Shown: piece by piece, positions 23,407 to 35,500 of the stretch
How the letters are laid out: the number at the start of each line of letters is the position of its first letter
How positions within the stretch are numbered: the first letter of the stretch is position 1
DNA from: Raillietiella orientalis
Lineage: Eukaryota
Length of the DNA: 64,000 nt
Direction: 5' to 3'
Assembly (NCBI GenBank): GCA_036172245.1
Contig: JAYWIR010000030.1
Coordinates: forward strand, 930,001-994,000
Notes under the pieces: model-generated
Told to the model about the DNA's origin: nothing
The model's database searches: none
Seen by the model: the letters and a program-made list of their open reading frames with translations, nothing else
Position numbers and translations under genes: made by a program

Positions 23407-26225
23407 CCTCACCTTCCCTCCCGGCAGCAGCAGCAGCCTCTTGAAGCCTCTCGGGTCCCAGAGCGCGTCATCAGCCCTCCTCGTGCCCTTCTGTGACCCT
23501 CCTCAGCTGCTGTCGGACCGGTCCCTGCCCTTCCTCCCCAGACCTCGATGGCGCTTGAGCCGTCCGAGAGATGCCCTCAGGCCAAGCGGACGTCTTCGCC
23601 GGACCTACTCCTCCTCCTCCTCGATCTCCAGGGGTCGCAGCGGACTGCTGGTGGCCCAGAGACTCCTCTTCGAGAAGAAGGGTCCAGCTGACCACCCTCG
23701 TCCACCCCTCCCATCTAGAAGACGCGGCGAAGGGAAACCAAGATGGAAGGGCTTCCCTGCTGCGTTGCTTTCCTTCCCTTTTTTAAAAAAAAAAGAAAAA
23801 AAAGGAAAAAAAACATAATAGAAAAAAAAATAGGTGGTGGTGGTGGGGGTACATCACTTCGGCCTGTCCCTTCCCCCCCCCCCTCGCTTTCACTCTCCGC
23901 CTCCGAGGGGGGGAAGGGGAAAATGGGAAACTGCTGAAAGGATTTTCCGCCTCCTCTGGCGAGTGGCATCTCCGCTGCCCCTTCGGAGCGAGGGGCTGGA
24001 CCAGACCGCCGCGGGACGACCTCCGTGCGCGAAGACTCGCCTCTCCTGTTTGTTTCCTTCTCGGGGCGATCTCCCCGTCCTCCCCTGTGAGGACACGGAG
24101 CCGACGGCAGCGCGAAACAGCTTTTTCTGCAACCGCTTCCTTCCGCCCCTGCTGGAGAAAAGGGAGCTGGCGGAGACCGGCCGAGTCACGGAACGGTCTA
24201 ATCCCGGACCCCGGTCCGAAGTCCAGCGCCCACTGAAGCGTCGACAGGAGGGCGTCCCCTTTTCCCCGGTGTGGCCGCGTCGAAACTCCGCCTGGAGTTT
24301 TCCGATACCCGGACGAGCCCGGAGTGCTCCGGAGGGGTGATCAGTGGCGCCCCTTCCCCCCCTTACACATCTTCGCGGTGTAGCCGCAGGCAGTCACGGA
24401 TTCTTCCTTACACGAAGGACACTAACACTAACAGAGCTCCCGAGAGCCAAGCCCTACGGAGAGGGGGTCATTTCTCTCTTACTTTTGTTCCCCTTTCCCT
24501 TGTTTAGCATTAACTCCCTATTTTCTTCGTGATCGTGTCAAATGTGGATCATCGCCCATTCCTCGCACTTCCGAGCGCCAGGAGAGCCGTCCGCTGTTCT
24601 TCCTCCCCCATGGGAAGAGGATCCGTGACCAGAAGACAGAAACCAGCTCACGCGTGTCAGCGTGCGTTGTCCCCGGCGAGCTGCCGGAGAAGAAGAGAGG
24701 TCAACTATACATCACAAGGGGAAAGAAGTCGGTGGCTGTGGAGATGCTGGATCAGCGGTGGATGTAAGACGAGGGAAGCAAATCTTCGTCGCCGTTGCCA
24801 CGGATCGGAGAGAGCGCCGGAGAGATTTCAAGGGTGCCATCCGGCGCAGCCTCTGCTGCACTCCCGAGGGGAAAAAAAAGACTCTCTCTTTGGGTGAACC
24901 TGATCAGAGGCCAAAGCAATCGGTTCCTTCACCGACCCTGTGTGATGTTATTCCTGGATGCAGGACCCTCTCATTCCCCAGGCCCTGACAAGTTCGGGGA
25001 AGGCAGATCGGACGCTGGACGGACGGTCAGGGTAAGGAGCACAGACCAGCGGGCAAGTTCGTCGCCGAGAAAGGACCCCGTGGCTATGAGGGGTTCATGA
25101 AGCTACGCGAACAGGAGCTCCTCTTGGCTTCCGCCTTCTCGCCCATCGATAGATTTCATCGTTTCGCGCGCCGTGCCACGCCTGCGCTCTTCAGCCTCTG
25201 TCAGTCCCTGGTCTTCCGCAAGCGCCTCTCGGTGGACCTGAACTTGAACCAGCGGGTCTGGCAGCTGCTCCGAGTCTCCAAAGCTAGACCCAGAGGCAAA
25301 TGGATGCCGGACCTGCGGCTTCGGATCGGATCCACCGCTTCCCTTCTTCCATCGCCTTTTTTTCCACCTGCATGATTTGCTGTATCGGTCTTTCGTGGAT
25401 CGCTGCCGGCGACTCCTGACCTCATCTCTCTCAAAGTCCCTTCTATTTTCTTGAAATTGTCTGATGCTCTGTGCTTTTCTCTGCCTCCAGGGACTTTCTC
25501 CAGCATTGCTGACCCTTTCCACGAAGCACGGAAGCGTGGGCGCTCGAGAGAGTTGAGTGTTGCCTGCGTCCTCATCCTCGCACTGACGGAATGGGCATTG
25601 GCAGGTGGCAGAGACATCTCGGGGCATCGCCCAGAACTTCGAACGTGCTAGCGGAGTCGGGTCGGACCTTCAGGCTCCTCTAATTTCGCTGATCCACGGT
25701 TCCCACTGAGAGCGGAGGAAGAAGAAAGCAAGAAGGTCAGCGGCGGATCGTCACGTGGATGTCCCGCTGGTGGAGCCAGCACGCCGCGTCCGCGAAGGCA
25801 GGGAAGGAGGAAAAATAGGACTCTGGAGAACCTGAGCGGCTGACAGCAGTGTGGTAGTTCAGAGCATGGTAGTCAGACGGGTCAGGATGCGGCAGGCAGA
25901 GGCATCGTACCCAGCAGGACCTTCCACCTGTCCTTCCCGGACCCAGGACCTTTCAGGACAAGGCCCGAAGCGTTTCCCCATCCAATGAAAAGCCGACCTG
26001 TGTTGGAATCTGTTCTCCCTCTGTTTCCAGTGGGGTCGGGTCTAAGGATTTACGAGAACACGAGGCGTGAGGAAGCAACGTCCATCGTGTGGTTTTCGGG
26101 ATGCTGTGAGACGACTTCCGGTTTCTGGTGCCGGATCTTTTGAGCACCGTGAAAATAAAAAGGAAAAGAAAAAACAGAAGCAACATTAGGGGTCATCAGG
26201 GTCATCGGAACGGTCTCGTGTGACC

Positions 26226-26598
26226 CTAAGATATCGGCGGCTTCAGTCTCTTGCCCGTCGATGACACCGACGACCGGGCGGAGGCCGTCTTCTTCAGCTC
26301 CTTGGTGGTCTTGTTGTCCTTGATTCTCTTGATCACGAACCCGATGATCACCAAGACCACCAGGGTGCCCAGGATGGCTCCGACGATGATGGGAATCGTG
26401 TTATCGATGATCTTCTTGTCGAAGTACTTGTCGATGTCGATCACCCAGCCGACTTCGTCCTTCTCCATTTCCCGGATCAACCAGGAATCCAGCGGGGAGA
26501 AGTAGGTGAGGAGGGAGCGGGTGGACAGGCGAGCCTCCCCGGTGAGCATCTCCATCACCCTTGGCCACGGGTCGCGGGATCCAATGCTCAGCCCTTCA
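26226..26598 (-). CDS. ACE: ACE exon 23, end of domain 2, TM helix (26396-26331), cytoplasmic tail, stop
   Basis: Encodes [75 protein letters not shown], then TAG. Confidence 0.93.
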
Positions 26599-29500
26599 CT
26601 GGAACAAAAGATGGCGCAGCTAAGTCCCCGGAAAGCAACCTCGAAGAGACGGTCGAAGACCCGGAGAGCAAAACGCACGTGGCGGCCGACCCGGCTTGGA
26701 CCTCGGAGGCAGCAGAGCGGGGGCAGAGAGCCCTCCGTCGCGGCACCCCGCTCTTGGATACCCCCTCAACCCCGAACGGAAGGAAGCAGCGTCTCTGCAC
26801 GTGTCCTCCGCGCTACTCGCGGGTTGCCCGGGACGTTACCAGAGCGGGATGCCAAGGGGAGCGCGAGCACCCTCGCTGAGCGAAGCAGCGAACTGGACTC
26901 ACGGAAGAAAACAGGGCAGGGAGCATCCCCCGCGGCTCAAGGTGGAAAAACGGGATCTCCAGCATCGCCATGGCCCCGAGGGGAGGGAGGGCACAGGACT
27001 CGCCTGGTGTGGATTTCCCACGTCGGTCGGTTGCCACAGAAACCGGTAAGCAGGATGGGGAAGGTAGGGAGGGAAGACGGAGGCTACCGTTCGAGCGACT
27101 CCTCCGCCTTCTCTCCATTCTCCCTTACTGGTTGCCCGTGGTGACGCGGAGCCACTGGCGCCTTCTTGCAGAGGCGCTCATCCTCACCCCCTTTTAGCTG
27201 GAGATCTTTCCAGCGCCCTGACACCGAGAAGTTGTGCCCTGACGCCGGCCGTCACAGTCACTCCTCCGCTTGCTCCGTTGCTCCGACAACGGCGGGGGCA
27301 GTTCCTGCAGCCTCAATCATGGCTTGCGGCAATGCCGTCGATCGGAAGAGGTGAAAGTGGGTCGCCGTGAGCGTCCCTCTGGTGGTAGCTTCCGCCGACC
27401 CTCCCCGATCCAGGACGGGACACGCGACGAAAGCCAGACCGCCTCCTCGGACCCTCGACCGAGGTCGAGAGGGCGTCTGGGGTCCCCTGCCTCGCCCCTG
27501 AGCGGAAAACCGAAAACCGACGTAGAGGGAACCACGCCCCGAAGGTGCTCCCGCCGCACGAGAGGGTGGCTCCCGGGATTCTGGAGTGCAAGAGATGATG
27601 AGCCTTGAAAGGTCACTTCCCGGCAGGAATCCCCCCTCATCCCAAGAAGATGGGCAGTCCAGGAGCTGAACCGAACCTCTTCCCGCTCCCACCCGAGGAG
27701 AAGAGAGGCAAAGGGGGCGGGGGATAAGTGGTGGGAAATGTTTGCACAAGCCGTCGCTGCGTCCTCGAATCTCTCTGGTCGCGACAACCCAGCAGACTGG
27801 TTGGTCCCACAAAACCGTGTCATCTCTGTCGCCTGACCTCAAGAAACCGGCTCTCAATAATGGAGCTTGTTGGTCTTGCCAGGGGCGTTATACGTGCCAC
27901 TGGTCAGGTTGCAGGCGATGAGGGAGACCCGAGGAGCAGACGGTCAGCTTGCTTACCAGCAGCGCAAGACGTTTCGACTAGGTGATTGGGAATGCTGAGG
28001 GTCGCCAGGTGAGATGTGACGTTCTCCTAGCACGCAGAATGAGTAGAGGGGGAATGCTCTGTCTCCTGAGTCTGACGATAGGGGGTCGTCAAGGAGTGTT
28101 CCTGAGGCTGGGGAGAACGTCACCAAGAAAGACGGGAGGCCAAAGGAAGGAGAGGAAAGGGGAGACTAGTGATCCATGCCTGCGGAGAGTCGAAGCGAGT
28201 GCTGTCCGACACAGGGGATGTCTGGAGCAAAGCGCATCACGTGCCTGTCATTCCTGGAATGACGTACCATGACGGGGATTCCGTCATGGTGGTGATCATG
28301 GCGAGCATCTCCATGAACGGCACCTTGGGGAGCGTCGCAGCCAGGAACCCGTCGCCCCGTCATCCGAGAGATCCAGACGCGGGGATGCGGCTGCTGTCTC
28401 CCGGGGAACCGGTCAAGAGGGGACGCATCTGTTCCAGAAGGGAACGGAAGCGTCCTCGGGAAGAAAGCACTCGCCGTTTCTGCTGTCGGGTGTAAAAGAT
28501 CAAGGCGAAAGACGAGGGCGAGTGCGGTGGGCATCCCCGAGTGCGCGCAGGAAAGGAGCCGCTCGGCACAGAGCTCCACAGCGACTGCTGCTTTCCTAAA
28601 GTTACCTCAGCTTGTGTCCAGCCTCCTTGCTGCTGTACAAGTTGCATCTGTGCAGGGATCCGTTTTTTGTGGGGTCATACTGATGGGCTTCTTTGCAGAG
28701 ACTTTCGAAAAGCTGGAATCCCATGATAATTGAGAAGAACTGCCTAGAGGTCAGAAAACATTACCCTGTTAGCTGGGCAGGCATTCTACCGTCGCTGCAT
28801 TCATCCGTCACCCGTCAGGTCAGTGGGAACGGTATCCGCCAAACACCGCGGAAGGTGCTCGACATCACGGAACCGATTCCACGTCACCGCCTTAAAGCTG
28901 TCGCGTGCATTTGTTCATTCTCTCCGACGAAAGCCTTTCGAATGCCGTGTACGTCATTTTTCCCTGTACACTCCGCACGTTCGTGAATTTCAATGGAGGG
29001 CTGATGTACAACTGCGCATATACAAATGAGAACTAAATATATATAGTCCGGTAAGGACATAGCCGCATTGGCGGCCGTGTAGCTACGGTCTCCGCGAATG
29101 GTACCAAGCGTTGCGGGTTCGAATCCCCATGCGGAGGATCGATGCCGAGAATGGGGGTGCTCCGTTTCGAGTTCCCCCCTCAAGATCACGCTGGTTGGCC
29201 TGTTCGAGTGTGGCGCCGGTGGAAGCTGAGAAACCGGATGTCCCCGTTGGCTGGCCGAGATTGGAAGTTGGGAAGGGAACGTTGATCCTTCGGGGTCCTT
29301 CCAGGAATCAAGGAATCGGTTCCCTTCGATGTCCCTTTCCGGTTGTGAAAATGGGGCCTTCTCTGCCCTCGGAAAGGATCCTCCATAGCCTACCATGGAG
29401 ACGGTTAATACCCCCCTCGGGTGAGGTTGCCTCTCCAGAGTGTAAGAAGCGGATTGCTCCCTTCGGGAAGCGCTCTTCAGAGAGATTTAAAAGCGTCCCT

Positions 29501-32500
29501 TCGGGGTTCTCTTCAGAGGAAACAAAGCAGCGGTTTCCTTGCTGGTTCCTCTGGGAAAGAAATTCCAGGAGCGGATCTCTTTTCCCTCTTGAATTCTTTA
29601 CACACATCCATCTACCTCCTATATATATATATATATATATATATATGTAGGAGATTCCTATAACTGAAATCCTCGTGCCTAAGCGAATGAAGCAGACGGG
29701 AGAGATGACCAAGGCTACTGCATCCTGTTATCTGGGATGACTATTTCGCTCAGGTGAAACTCTTGAGAAACACGTTCCGTGATTCGTATTTATCGTTCAG
29801 AGTTTTTTTTTCTTGTTTTTTTTACCGTAGCGGACGCACTCTGGAGATTTTTGGCGGCAGACCGAAAATCTGATCACCGGGATTTTCGTAGAATCAGGTT
29901 TTCGGTGGATTCCGCAGCCTCGCTTCAGTCCCCATCCCGTTTGCTTTAATTGATAATGTTGCCGCTAGAGTGCACTCGATTGACGACGGGGCCGGCTACG
30001 AGCAGTTTTCGAAGATTCTTCGCTCTTCCGCTGTCCCACAGATCGCCTTACGTCCGTTGCTCCGCATGGTATGAAAGAAAAGACCAATCATCGATCGCCA
30101 ACTGATCCGGGAAACCAAATCTGCCCGTTGTCTTCGAGGGGTTTTCTCATTCGAGACTCTGGGCACGATTCGAGGGAACCGCCACAGTGGAGTGCGTGGC
30201 AGAGCCCCGCCCGATCGGCTTCCAACGACCGCTGCCTAAGCCGGCATCCTGGAGGAAGAGTAACCTCCCCGACGGAGCACTTCAAGAATGAGGAAAAAAA
30301 GACCGACACGACCTTTCCCTTGAAGAACCCAGCAAACCGATCGCTTTCAGGACTTCAGAGAGCCTCCCTCGATCCCCTCAAGTTCTCTCAGGATACTCCT
30401 CTTCGTGCAAAGACAAGCTCTCCGTGCGCGGAGGGGAGGAGCAGAGGTAAGGACGGCACTCGTTTCGGGTTCCGCAAGGCCGAGCGACTCCTTGCAAAGG
30501 AACAGGTTCACCTGAGGCAAGGGATGCCTGCTGCCACGTGATATTCTCCTCCCAAGTCGAAATAGTCGTTGCTCCTGGTAGATGGAGGGATGAATCCCTG
30601 GTTTTCCGCGCTGAATTCACGTCCACCTGAAACTCAATCTCACACGTGGAGGATTCTGGCTTGCCTCAGCTTCCACCACTCGTAGTTCATGTTGTCCGGC
30701 GAGACTGTCTTGTTGAACAGCTTCCACCTCCAAAGGTCCACGCTGTAAGAGAGCGGCAGCAAAGGGATCGTGCGAAGAGCGACCTGCATGAGGAAGTTGA
30801 TCTCGTTTTCGTAGCTCCAGCTGAAGCTGGAGGGAAACAGGTCGATGCTTTTCAGGTAGTCCGGGTTGGCAACAGAGAGGGAGATGGCCCTGCCGACGCT
30901 GTGCTCGAACCCTACAAGCAGAATGCACGCGGTGCTCTCGAAGGACAGTCCCACGCGTCCCCTTGGAAAACGAGGCAATCCCAGCTGCAGGACCGGCAAG
31001 GAATGCGCAACGATGTTGCGGCTCGGGGGGGGGGGGAAGGTAAGGAAGAGCGTCGCGCGGGTGTTCCTGGGCCGGCAGCTTGGATGCCGTCTCTCATGGC
31101 CAAGATCGAAGGCGCTACGAAGGTTCTGGAAAGCCACGGAGAAAAACGTACGGAAGGGAAGGAATCATAGGAGATGGATGGGTTCTCTTCCTCCTTCCCA
31201 TTCCCATTTCTTCTCGAAGGGAGTGAAGGAGGGCGCATCGCGTACCCCACCCACCCGGACACCCGTTGGAATTGTGCACATCCGTCGAAGCGGGAAGCTC
31301 TCCTGACTCAAGCAGAATGCGGGAGGAAAGACTCCGTCGTAAAGCACCAGCACTGACCTCTCGCATTCGGGATATGGCGCCGGGCTGCAGAGAGACCCGC
31401 TGGGAGGTAGAAGAAAGGCGGCCGTCGTGGTGTTGAGAGGCTGCAGATAGCCGCAAGAGTTCTCGAGCGCTTGAGCACTCGAACGGCGAGACGAGAGTGA
31501 AGATGATGTGGTCCGACGTCCAGGATCCTCTAAAGGAATGCCCGCTCCGCTCCCGGAAGTCCCGGAGGCGGATGGGTCTCGCCCGGTCGCGCTTCACCCG
31601 TGGAGAAAATCTCCCTCTGCTGCCAGCGAGATTAGCGGGGTCGTGAAGACTTGAAGTCCGCCTCTGGAACCAGGACGCCGTCTCGTAATTTCTCCGGCAT
31701 CGGGAAAAGCGCTGCTGGAATCTTCAGCAGCGGCTCTCGGGATCTTGTGCGGGAACGCGCTTGATCTTCCATGGAGGCGTCCGTGATCCTTAGCATCACG
31801 TCCTCTCCTATGGAGCATCCTTTGCGATCCGTGTTCGACTTTCCCAGGACCGATTCTCCTCGCTCTTGGCTCTTCAGCAGCGCTTTCGGCTCTGATCTCG
31901 AGACCCAGGGAGCTCTACGATTTGCATTCTCCCCATTCGGTGACGATGTCTTCTTCTGGTCAAGATTGGTGCCCGTTCTTTCCGGGAAACCTAAGGGGAG
32001 CCTCAGCAGGGAAACCGTCAGTCCCTTCAAACATCACCGGACGCCTGTGAAGGGGGGGGGGGGGAAGGGGGGAGAGGGGGGAGGGGAAAGCTGGACAGCA
32101 TGACGTTCCGACTTCTAAGAAGGAAGATGCATCACGAGGGATTTCTGTTTGCTCTTCGCTGTCAGTTCCGCGTGGTTCGAAGTGTCCACGCGATCCAAAG
32201 TGACTCCCCGAAGCAGCGTAGAGTCAGCCGTTTCGCGAAAGCGCTGCGCTGCTGCCACGCTCGAACGCCCGTTTCCTTACCTGGATTGGCCGCCCTGCGG
32301 AACACGGACAAGGAGTCCTTGTACAGGATCTGGTACTGCACGTGACCTATCTCTCTGTGGATCTCCAGGAAGCTGTTCAGGTCAACCTCCCCGCACATCT
32401 GGACTCTACGAAGAGATGTTGCTTAGTTCCCTCTAGCCCTACGCAGCTCTGCCTCCCAAGATGAGGGAGGGAGGCAAGCAGGAGGGATAGAGAAGGGGAC

Positions 32501-35500
32501 TTTGCGCGGCGCACGTGGAAGCACCGCGTGGCAGAACCCTTCCCGACGTCATCAGCGGTGGCAGCCACGCGTCACGCGCCTCGGAGAAAGGACTGCGGGA
32601 GCTTCCGGAGAGCGCTGCACGCGACTGATGGATGGCGCCGTGTATCCCCGAGTTATCCGTAGCGGAGGTAACCCGAGCGGGACCATCCACCCGCCTGGCT
32701 GCTGTTCCCCTGCAGCCTTCAGGCCTTGAAGCACTGTCGCTGCCCGGCGTAGCGGGGCAGCAGCCGACCAACCGGGCGCGGGAGGACCCAAAGTCCTGTC
32801 TTCGCCATCCTCTTCCCGGACTCACCGAAAATCCACACCGTCGGAGAAGTCCCAGGCAGAAGGATAACAGGAGACCACCCTGCCCTGATTCGGCCTCTCC
32901 ACCACGGACATGTCGTAGAAATTCTTTCCTAGGAGAGGCAACCCCAAGCTGACGTAGAAATCCTCGGCCTGTTCCAGTATCTTCCTCATCGTGTAGTTCT
33001 GCAAGAGAAGAGTGCAAAAGCATCCCTCGGGAAGCATAGGAAAAGGAAAAGGAGGAAGAGGAAGAGGAGGAGTAAGGGAGTGAGGCAGGGGAAACGAGAG
33101 GACGTTCAGAAGGGAATGCGCGCGCGACCTCTCGGCTTCCGCGGGTCACCAGACACCGAGCAATCCTTTTTCACCCTTCCCCCACTGAAGAGTGGAGACG
33201 CAGGGGCGCATGGCTCGCGGAGGGAGGTGTTTCCTCCCGTGATGGCGCTTCCAGGGGTCGAGTGAAGTCTCGAGAGAGAAGGTTGACTTCCAGGAGTCTT
33301 CCTCTTCCTCGTCCGTCTCTTTGCAAAGCTCCCGTGGCCTTCTGCGTGAAGGTCGAAGCACACCGCCTTGAGTGAGGGGCGTGAGAGGAAGGGAAAGGGA
33401 ATGGAGGCTGCACGTACTGGGGTCATCCGGCGCTAAGTTTGTCTTCGAGGAGGAAAAGAGGTAGGAAGAAAGGGACTCGTTTCCCGAAAGAGGGAGGGGA
33501 AAGGAAAGGGAGGTTTTCCGGCACGCCAGCGCGCGACAAGGGTGAAGGTAGGATGATGAGGGCGAAGTGCTCGGGGAGGCGCCTGCAATCCCTTGAGGCA
33601 GTTGGAGCTTGCGGGAGGCTTCTCGGCGGCGCTATCCGACGGCTCCTTGGCACCCAGAACCGATCACCCCTTTTCCCCTTTTCTTCCCTCGGCTGCAGAA
33701 GAGATGGTGGCAGCGCGCCAGACGTTCATCGGAATTGGGTAAAACGGCGGGGGAGGAGGAGCTACGATGCCCATGGAGACGCCTCTGTAGCACCTGGCGG
33801 CGGATTCATGGGGGAGGGCGCCGAGGGACCCCTTCCCCCCTTCTCCAGGAGCCATGAAGCGCCTCTGCCCCGATGGATGCGAGTGAGATTGAGCGTTGGT
33901 CCTCTCACATCCCTCCCGCCACCCTTCCCCTCCTCTTCCGCCAGAAGGAGGGCTGGAAAACCTTCAGGAGGGGATAGAGAAAGAGGGCAATCGAGGATGG
34001 TCACATCACTACGCCGAAAGGCACAGCAGTCTCCGAAACTGGCTCCTCGGGCGGCTCTCGGCGGCGGAGACGGTGGTTGGAAGAGGAAGAAGGGAAGAGG
34101 GCGTTGCACGCGCCAAGGGATCGCCCCGGACCGACAAGACCACCCAGGTACCTTCCTCAGGAGGCTGTCCGTGACATCCGCTTCCTGTGCATCGGGAAAG
34201 GGCCGGATTTCCGTGTACCAGCTGCTCCAGTCGCCACCCCACATGCTGCCTGGAAGAGGAGGTCATCAAGCAGAGGCCTCGAGGCCCCGAAAAGGTTCTA
34301 CGAGCCCTACAGGCGCTCGGAAGCACCCAGCCAACAGGACATCCCCCCGCGGACGCCTCGCGCTCGGAGGACTCACCTAGGAGGTGTCCGGGGATTCCTG
34401 ACCTCTTCCTGACCAGTCCGGGGTACCTCTCTCTCAGTCTCCGGCTAAGGTAGGCGTGGAGCCGCTCGTAGAGACCCCGCACCTCGGACCAGAGGTCGCG
34501 TGCGGTCTCGGCAAACCCGTCCCCGTAGATGGACAGCCACATGGACCGCGCATCCGGGAAGTCTGCAACCCAAGCAAAGGTGGTGGGTGGTTGTTGCCTC
34601 GCTCGATTGCCCACCACCACCACCCGAGCGATCCCTGCGTCCGGAGCTGGGAGGGCTGGCACCAACCATTGGCCTTCGCAACGGCGTTCTCCAGCTCGAG
34701 GTACTTTCCGAAGGTCTCCTGCAGTCTGCTTCCCGTGACGTCTCTCCAAACCTTCCAGTAAAAGTGCAGCTGCCTGTAATCCCGTGAACTGGCAATCAGG
34801 TTCTGGATGTCTGGAAGAGAGGAGAGCTCGGGGGGTTGACTCGGAGAAGTACCGGGACGCAAGAGACTGCCGGACCGTTCTCGACGACGTCTCCCTCCTG
34901 TTCTCCTCCTTCGGGGTTCTTCCCGCTACCGGAAACGAACCTCTTCTGCGCTCTCCCCCAGCTTCCGGGACGGTCGGCTCTTCCCCGACCATCCCGAACA
35001 CCGCTGTTCTTCGGCCACCTTCGGGGCATCCCCGGGACGCCATCCGTAGGTGCGTCCCGGGGCATCCTCGCGGTGTGCCCCGTTGGCCCACGAAGCATCC
35101 TGCACCGGTGGCTGAAGTTCCAGGAGCGCGCGACCCTCCCCGTGAATAACGTCACAGAGCCAATCATCTCTAGCCTCCACGGATCTCGGCTCCCTCAAGC
35201 GCTACTGATGTTCGGACACGAGAGAAATTCTGCGGTCTCCATGGAAAACTCAGGATCATCCTGCGGCTGGGCTGCGACCACGGTGGAAGGCCGGGAGCGA
35301 GTCTCCGTGAAACCGCTGACCGAACCTCACTTCTTTCTTCCTTGGAGTGGAGGACAGAAATCGCGGGACCTCCGAATAGGAGCGTGGATCTTGGAGCGTG
35401 GACAAGTCCTTCCTCCCTCCCTCCTTCATTCGTTCCTCAGGTTATGCTCCCCTTCCTTCCTTCCCAGTCCGCTCACCGCCCAAAACTCGGGAAGCCAGGA

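Noticed and set aside
27700..28500. Possible endonuclease-like remnant on the minus strand; a similar weak signal near 25840-25940
   Set aside because: Motif resemblance is too weak to support without a translated search.
29061..29130. tRNA gene suggested by GGTTCGAATCCC
   Set aside because: I could not build a complete cloverleaf, and the motif is the head of a dispersed repeat seen at several loci.
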